A DNA stretch of 64,000 nucleotides from Reclinomonas americana ATCC 50394 (Eukaryota). A model generated the notes under the pieces. It was not told where the DNA came from. It did no database searches and saw only the letters and a program-made list of their open reading frames with translations. Position 1 is the stretch's first letter. Each line of letters opens with the position of its first letter. Positions 57,904-64,000 of this stretch are shown here, piece after piece. The translations under genes and the position numbers were made by a program. The stretch spans positions 1,240,001 through 1,304,000 of the forward strand of contig PS015009.1 in NCBI GenBank assembly GCA_048213135.1, given 5' to 3'.

Positions 57904-59121
57904 ATGCTCACTGTGCTGCCCTACCATCAAAAAGTAAAAGATTACTTCAGGTCGCAGGCTAAAACCTGGGATTTTTTCGCACGTGCTCAAAACAAAGAGG
58001 AACAATTACAACAGTTCAAAACCGAACTGCTGAAGAATACATATAAATTCGATCCTGTTGCCGACGCGTTTATATATGACAAAGTATCATTCGCCAAAGA
58101 AAAATTGCAGCTGCAGCAATTGCCTGTTACCATTTACCAGGCGCAGTACACCGATGAATTGAATGCCAGCATTGTATACCTGGATAATGAAGCACATATT
58201 GTTTTCAGCGGTCCCATCACCAAATTGCTCGATGAGGAAGAACTGCTGGCTGTACTTGCTCACGAATTGACGCATATAAAGCTTTACGCCATGCTTGATG
58301 GCGAACTGGAAGTCGCCGATCGCATCATCACGGCCATTGCCAACAACCACAACAGTGAGGCGGCCTATTACGAAACCGCAAGATTATTCCGCCTGTACAC
58401 TGAGATATTCTGCGACCGCGGCGCCTGCTCTGTACTGGAAAAAACCGCGCCGGTCATTACTTCACTGGTCAAAGCATCAACAGGACTGGAAAAGGTAAGC
58501 GCTGAAAGTTATATCAAACAGGCGGATGAGATTTTCTCTGCCGATAAGCAACTGAAAGCAACAACGGCGCTTTCCCACCCCGAAAACTTCATCCGGGCAA
58601 AAGCTATACAGTTATGGCATGAAAAGAAAGAAGCAGCCGAGCCGGAGATCATGCAAATGATGGAACGCATTGCCGACCTCGACAGGCTCGATATCTTCCA
58701 GCAAAAAGAGATCGCGGCATTAACACAGCAGGTACTTCAACTGTTCCTGAAGCCACGCTGGTTCCAGAGTACACTCGTACTGAGCCAGGCCGGGCAGTTT
58801 TTTCCTTCGTTCACTACGACTGATGATATGGTACTCAGCGAAACATTGACCGGCACTATTGAAAAACTGCACGACAGTATTAAGGAATACATCGCTTATC
58901 TGCTTCTCGATTTCGCACTGGCCGATCCGGCCCTGGAAGAAGTACCCTCCGGCTGGGCCTTCCAGTTTGCAGAAGACCTGGGCTTGAAAGATATATTCAG
59001 TAACATCATCAAAAAAGAAATGAAACTGAGCGATAAAAAACTGCAGCAATACAAACAAAAAACGCTCAATGCTTATTATGAAGTAAAAGAAAGCAAGGAA
59101 GAGCAGGTATACGGCGACTAA
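57904..59121 (+). CDS. Soluble M48-like zinc metallopeptidase
   Basis: LNA, L.EEELLAVLAHELTH (HExxH at 58261-58275), TEIFCDRGA third ligand, SHP...RA; no signal peptide or TM segment. Confidence 0.85.
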   Translation: MLTVLPYHQKVKDYFRSQAKTWDFFARAQNKEEQLQQFKTELLKNTYKFDPVADAFIYDKVSFAKEKLQLQQLPVTIYQAQYTDELNASIVYLDNEAHIVFSGPITKLLDEEELLAVLAHELTHIKLYAMLDGELEVADRIITAIANNHNSEAAYYETARLFRLYTEIFCDRGACSVLEKTAPVITSLVKASTGLEKVSAESYIKQADEIFSADKQLKATTALSHPENFIRAKAIQLWHEKKEAAEPEIMQMMERIADLDRLDIFQQKEIAALTQQVLQLFLKPRWFQSTLVLSQAGQFFPSFTTTDDMVLSETLTGTIEKLHDSIKEYIAYLLLDFALADPALEEVPSGWAFQFAEDLGLKDIFSNIIKKEMKLSDKKLQQYKQKTLNAYYEVKESKEEQVYGD

Positions 59122-59163
59122 GTCATCAAAGCCGTCATTTTTCAATCATTCGAAGATCAGCAC

Positions 59164-62100
59164 ATGGATAATCAGCATACCTATTTTCGCCAGTTCCTGG
59201 AAACCGCGTTCGACAATGGCTCTTACGCTACTGATGATGTTATCGCTTTTGTAATGCCCCTGTTTGAAGAAGTGCTGGGGTTTCACGAAGCCCGGCAGGT
59301 GGCACCATTTGATAACAGCATGGCCCTGTTCATGACCAACAGAAGGATCGACATTGACGAATCGCTGGCACATGGACCATCTTCTGCAAACGATAAACTA
59401 ACCAGGCTGCTGGCCTCCCTGCAATCGAAACACTTCGACATTCTGGGCAAAAGCAAAATGGAGACCGATGTGGATGGTGGCTATTCGCAAACGGAGACAC
59501 TGCACATACAAAAAGATATTACGGCGCCGGTATTGCACCCGGCATTCATTCCCGGTTACAATTGTTTCGAAATATTGGTGGGGCATCATGATGAGCAGAC
59601 AGACATTTTCTGCCTGGGTCTTGTACTCGGCAGCATGGCGCTGGGGCTCAACCTGTATGATGAAGATGAGTTGTCGGATTTTGTTACCTACCGTACCAAC
59701 CCGGTTCAGTACAACAACCGCATACATCCTACCATCAGTTCGCTCATTACGGAAATGACGGAGCTGGACCGGCACAAACGCACGCAGGACCTGTACGACA
59801 TCATCCACCGCCTGAAGCATTACCGCGACTATGATCCCGAAAAACAAACCGACCTCAGCAGCATTCCCGGGTGGATCAATAAAGAACTGAAAGAAAGAAG
59901 TCAGTTCATCCTGAATAAATTACGTAACCGTCTTTTTGACACCAGCCGGCGCAATCGCTTACTCTATTACAAATCCAATATGCGGTTTGTGAACCTTACA
60001 GTAAGCAGCGTGCCGATGGTGTTACACTATCAAAGCATTCGCCCCGATCTTTTATTTACCTGGAACAGCGAAGTATCGTCGAAAGTAGCAGGCATGAAAG
60101 AGATCGTACTGAACAAGTACCTGCGCTTTGAAGATCATCCTTACCTGCCCGCGTCGCTGGATAAGATAAGGGTGGAAAGTCAGCGGGACAAACAGGAGTT
60201 CGGTTTCAGCCAGTTAAAACTCGTCATCACCTTTCTCAATTGGCACAACTTAAAAGAAGATGCCCACGAAAGGATACAAAGTCCACTGCTGCTGATACCC
60301 GTCGATCTGAAAAAAACCAAACGCATCAAGGAAGATCATTACAACATCAATATACTCGACAACGCCGCCGAAGTAAATCCTGTACTGGCCAACCAGCTCC
60401 GCGAATTGTATGGTATTAAACTCCCCGACTTTGTTGATCTCGATGAAATGAGCCTGGGACAGTTTTACCAGTTACTTAAAGCACAGATAGACGCTGCTAA
60501 CCAGGGCATACAATTACAATATATAGATAAGCCCCGCATCAAACTGGTGCACAGCGTTGCCAAACAAACCGTTTCCAATTATAAAAAAAGACTGCGTCGT
60601 GCTGGCGGACTGGATAGCTATAAGAACATCAGTTACAGTTATCAAACTGAGCACTACAAACCGCTGGGCCTCGAAATATTTAAACAAAGAATAGAGCCCC
60701 GCACCAGCTTTTTGGAATTTTTGGTAAACGAAGATGTACGATTAACATCGCAGCAGCTCACCGGTAATAACAGCAAAGAACGGGAGTTGTATGAGCTATC
60801 CGAAAGTGAAAGCAATCCTTACAGTTGGGACTTTGATCTCTGCAATATTGTACTCGGCAATTTTAATTATAAAAAGATGAGCCTGGTACGCGACTACAAC
60901 CAGGTCATCGATCATAAACTGCAGCACAGCGTTTTTGAATCGCTGTTCAGCAACCAGCCCAGGGCTATCAAGGATCATCATTTCGATCTCAACGATCCTT
61001 CGGCATGGAACCACGTGATCACCGCCGATCCCACGCAAACGCAGGCTATCTTGCAAAGCCGCACTGGCGAGAGTTATATCATACAGGGGCCTCCCGGTAC
61101 GGGCAAAAGCCAGACCATCACCAACCTCATTGCCGACTTTGTAGCAAGAGGTAAAAGCATTTTATTCGTTTGTGAAAAGAGAGCGGCGCTGGATGTGGTG
61201 TTCTACCGCCTCAAACAAAACGGTTTGGATGAGCTGTGTTGTTACATCCACGACAGCCAGGGCGATAAGCGGGAGTTCATCAAAAACCTTAAAACTACTT
61301 ACGAAGATTTCAGCAGGAACAGGATGGACGTTCAAGCCCTGCAATCACAACGCCAGTTGTTACTGCAAAAAATGAATGAGCAGTTGCACGTTTTGCAGCA
61401 ATTCCACAATACCAGCATTTCACAACCCACAGAAGCGGGCATGTCGGTAAGGCAGCTTATTGATAAAGTCATTGAATTGAAACCCGGACTGGTTACGCTT
61501 TCCCCGCGTGAACAGGAGATATTGCCATCTTACAATAACTGGTTGCAATTTGGAGAGGTCATTACACAATTAAGTGAAGCGCTGGAAGAGCAGGGGGCCG
61601 ATGCCGCTTTTGCCGAACACCCGCTAAGCGAAGTAAACGATAAGGTTTTCACCGGGGATAATCCCATCAGCTTGTTGCAAAGCCTGGTACAGCAATCCAA
61701 AACACTGGTGGAACAACTAACCTCCGTCATTAACGACTGTAACATCGACCAGCAGCATTCGGAATACCTGGAACAGGTAAGAAACCTGGTGCAGGATGCC
61801 GTTCTGCTCCAACCTCTTGCCGAGCATGATAACCTGGCATTGGTGAATACTGATAACAAAGTCGCGAAAGATTTCGATAAAAAAATACGCCGGTACAAAC
61901 AGCTTTGCCTGCAACGCGATAAAGCGAAGGAAGATACCGTTAACTGGAACAGCAAGTTCAGCGAACAGGACCTCGACAATGCCATCGCCATCGCACAAAA
62001 AAATGAAGGCTCCTTTTTCAGCTTCCTCAATGGCTCCTGGCGCAGGCTAAAGAAACAGGTACAGCAGAGTTATGATCTATCTAAACACCAGGTAAAGCCC

Positions 62101-64000
62101 GCCATTACAGCCATCCTGCAGCAACTTAAAAACGAGTACAGCACACTGGCTGCCGCTGAACAGGATAAAAAACAGTTACAGGAAGAATACCACCTCGACA
62201 ATATCGACATCACTTCCATTGCCATAGATGTGCTGCGCAATAAACGCGGCGATAAAGAGATCGATTACCTGCTGGCACACCCCGATGCCAATAATATCGT
62301 ACGTCGTTTGTATAAACTCAACAATACATTATTACAACTCGATACGCAGTTGTCGCAGTGCTTATCCGCTTATGCAGATAAACCTGTTGCCACGGTAAAC
62401 GACCTGCTCGAAAGCGTTGAACTGAATATTGACACACTTCCATCCCTCCTGCCCGTTCTGCGGGAGTATGCCGCTTTGCCTGCCGGAGTTAAAAAAGCCA
62501 TACAAACACTGCCGCTCACACCCGTACAGGCCGAGGCTGCCATGGCTTCCAAAACATTGCAACAGTTATATCAACAGAATAAAGCTTTCGCCGGTACCGA
62601 CGAGCAGTCCATTGAAAGGGCCGTACAGCACATACAGCAGCTTTACAAACAACTGCTCGACTGCAATGCCAACTGTATACGTGCCGGCATCCGTCAGCAA
62701 TTCATCAGTAATATAGAACTCAGTAATACCGCCATCAGCCAGCTGGATACAGAACAACGGCAGTTAAAGAAAAACTATAATGAGGGAAGAAAGATACTGG
62801 AGAATGAGTTCGGCAAAAGCATACGGTACAAAAGCATTCGTGAGTTGTGCGCCAAAGAAAGCGGCCTGGTACTGAAAGACATCAAACCTGTTTGGCTGAT
62901 GAGTCCGCTCAGCGTAAGCGACTCCCTCCCGCTCGACACCGCGTTCTTCGATGTGGTGATTTTCGATGAGGCCAGCCAGATCACATTGGAAGAAGGTGTA
63001 CCCGCTTTATACCGTTCCCCACAAACCATCATTGTAGGCGACGATAAGCAAATGCCGCCCACCAATTTCTTCTCCGCCCGCGCCGAGGACCCCGATGACC
63101 TGGAGGCCGCCGATGACGACGACAGTGGTGAAGTTTTGAGTACCGATGCCGACAGTCTGCTGGTGCAGGGCGCCCGCAAACTCAGCAGCACCATGCTCAG
63201 CTGGCATTACCGCAGCCATTACGAAACACTCATCAGTTACAGCAACCACGCCTTCTATACCGCAGCCCTGCTCACCATTCCCGACAAAACCATTCACCAC
63301 GGAAGCAAGGCCGCCATTGAAGTTACTCAACCCGAAGACGGAGCCACTTTTGCCGACCAGTTGTATGACCGCAGCATCAGTTTTCATTTTCATCCCAACA
63401 GTATTTATGAAAAACGCAACAACCAGCATGAAGCCAATTACATCGCTCACCTCGTACGTGAACTGTTGAGCAGGAATGTGAAAGAAAGCATAGGTATTGT
63501 GGCTTTCAGCCAGGAGCAGCAGCACACCATTGAAGATGCGCTTACCACGCTGGCGCAAAGCGATCCTGTTTTTGAACAACAACTGGAAGAGGCCTGCAAC
63601 CGCACCGAAGATGACCAGTTTGTAGGACTCATCATCAAGAACCTGGAGAACATACAGGGCGACGAACGCGACATCATCATCATGAGCGTTTGTTACGGAT
63701 TTGACGCGAAGAAAAAAATGATCATGAACTTTGGCCCCATCAATAAGAAAGGAGGAGAAAAAAGGCTCAACGTAATTTTCAGCCGTGCCAAAAAGCATAT
63801 GGCTGTTGTTAGCAGTATCAAGTACCACAACATCACCAACGAATACAATGAAGGCGCCAATTACCTGCGCCGGTTTTTGCAATATGCCGAAGCTGTAAGC
63901 ACCGGTAATATGGCCACCGCACGCCTCATCCTCGATTCGCTGGCGTTGAATAAGCCGGCTGCAGCCGCAGCAGTCACATCGACCATCGTTGCCCGCGAAC
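59164..64000 (+). CDS. Giant protein: kinase-like N-domain + DUF4011-like + SF1 (Upf1/DNA2-type) helicase; 3'-truncated by window edge, >1600 aa
   Basis: Not in ORF track; translated by hand from ATG 59164 (MDNQHTYF...): LRNRLFDTSRRNRLL, IQGPPGTGKSQTI (61081), FDEASQ (~62962), VGDDKQMPP, LSWHYRS, ENIQGDERD, RLNVIFSRAK, all in one frame. Confidence 0.9.
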   Translation, partial: MDNQHTYFRQFLETAFDNGSYATDDVIAFVMPLFEEVLGFHEARQVAPFDNSMALFMTNRRIDIDESLAHGPSSANDKLTRLLASLQSKHFDILGKSKMETDVDGGYSQTETLHIQKDITAPVLHPAFIPGYNCFEILVGHHDEQTDIFCLGLVLGSMALGLNLYDEDELSDFVTYRTNPVQYNNRIHPTISSLITEMTELDRHKRTQDLYDIIHRLKHYRDYDPEKQTDLSSIPGWINKELKERSQFILNKLRNRLFDTSRRNRLLYYKSNMRFVNLTVSSVPMVLHYQSIRPDLLFTWNSEVSSKVAGMKEIVLNKYLRFEDHPYLPASLDKIRVESQRDKQEFGFSQLKLVITFLNWHNLKEDAHERIQSPLLLIPVDLKKTKRIKEDHYNINILDNAAEVNPVLANQLRELYGIKLPDFVDLDEMSLGQFYQLLKAQIDAANQGIQLQYIDKPRIKLVHSVAKQTVSNYKKRLRRAGGLDSYKNISYSYQTEHYKPLGLEIFKQRIEPRTSFLEFLVNEDVRLTSQQLTGNNSKERELYELSESESNPYSWDFDLCNIVLGNFNYKKMSLVRDYNQVIDHKLQHSVFESLFSNQPRAIKDHHFDLNDPSAWNHVITADPTQTQAILQSRTGESYIIQGPPGTGKSQTITNLIADFVARGKSILFVCEKRAALDVVFYRLKQNGLDELCCYIHDSQGDKREFIKNLKTTYEDFSRNRMDVQALQSQRQLLLQKMNEQLHVLQQFHNTSISQPTEAGMSVRQLIDKVIELKPGLVTLSPREQEILPSYNNWLQFGEVITQLSEALEEQGADAAFAEHPLSEVNDKVFTGDNPISLLQSLVQQSKTLVEQLTSVINDCNIDQQHSEYLEQVRNLVQDAVLLQPLAEHDNLALVNTDNKVAKDFDKKIRRYKQLCLQRDKAKEDTVNWNSKFSEQDLDNAIAIAQKNEGSFFSFLNGSWRRLKKQVQQSYDLSKHQVKPAITAILQQLKNEYSTLAAAEQDKKQLQEEYHLDNIDITSIAIDVLRNKRGDKEIDYLLAHPDANNIVRRLYKLNNTLLQLDTQLSQCLSAYADKPVATVNDLLESVELNIDTLPSLLPVLREYAALPAGVKKAIQTLPLTPVQAEAAMASKTLQQLYQQNKAFAGTDEQSIERAVQHIQQLYKQLLDCNANCIRAGIRQQFISNIELSNTAISQLDTEQRQLKKNYNEGRKILENEFGKSIRYKSIRELCAKESGLVLKDIKPVWLMSPLSVSDSLPLDTAFFDVVIFDEASQITLEEGVPALYRSPQTIIVGDDKQMPPTNFFSARAEDPDDLEAADDDDSGEVLSTDADSLLVQGARKLSSTMLSWHYRSHYETLISYSNHAFYTAALLTIPDKTIHHGSKAAIEVTQPEDGATFADQLYDRSISFHFHPNSIYEKRNNQHEANYIAHLVRELLSRNVKESIGIVAFSQEQQHTIEDALTTLAQSDPVFEQQLEEACNRTEDDQFVGLIIKNLENIQGDERDIIIMSVCYGFDAKKKMIMNFGPINKKGGEKRLNVIFSRAKKHMAVVSSIKYHNITNEYNEGANYLRRFLQYAEAVSTGNMATARLILDSLALNKPAAAAAVTSTIVARE

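Overview
Chromosomal window of a Bacteroidota bacterium, probably Chitinophagaceae-like (inferred from repeated TAnnTTTG -7 promoter elements, Bacteroidota-type TonB receptors and gene content). Housekeeping genes: rho, asnS, recX, dnaN, cobalamin-riboswitch-controlled nrdB-nrdA, kdsB, a kdnB-like gene, manC, kdsD, recQ and tRNA-Phe(GAA). Accessory genes: a WYL-DinB pair, an acyltransferase-3, a SnoaL plus terpene-synthase-fold pair, and a phytase with two TonB receptors. No CRISPR array, integrase or transposase was recognised. The best candidate for an undescribed system is a ~10.8 kb minus-strand operon (20623 to 9854) downstream of a LytS/LytTR pair. It encodes a 1948-aa Cys-rich PKD/Ig protein without a T9SS sorting tail, a 668-aa protein sharing its Cys-rich C-terminal domain, a large outer-membrane beta-barrel, and a 343-aa paralogue of the 668-aa N-terminus. 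This suggests a dedicated surface export/assembly system (inference). Other candidates: (i) a soluble M48-like peptidase plus a >1600-aa pseudokinase-DUF4011-SF1 helicase that is absent from the ORF track because it runs off the window end (defence-like); (ii) a cytoplasmic trypsin/Zn-ribbon/YbjN protease with a YbjN-domain partner; (iii) a JAB-motif lipoprotein with a DUF6705-like partner beside the tRNA. All family assignments come from motif recognition by eye; no searches were run.
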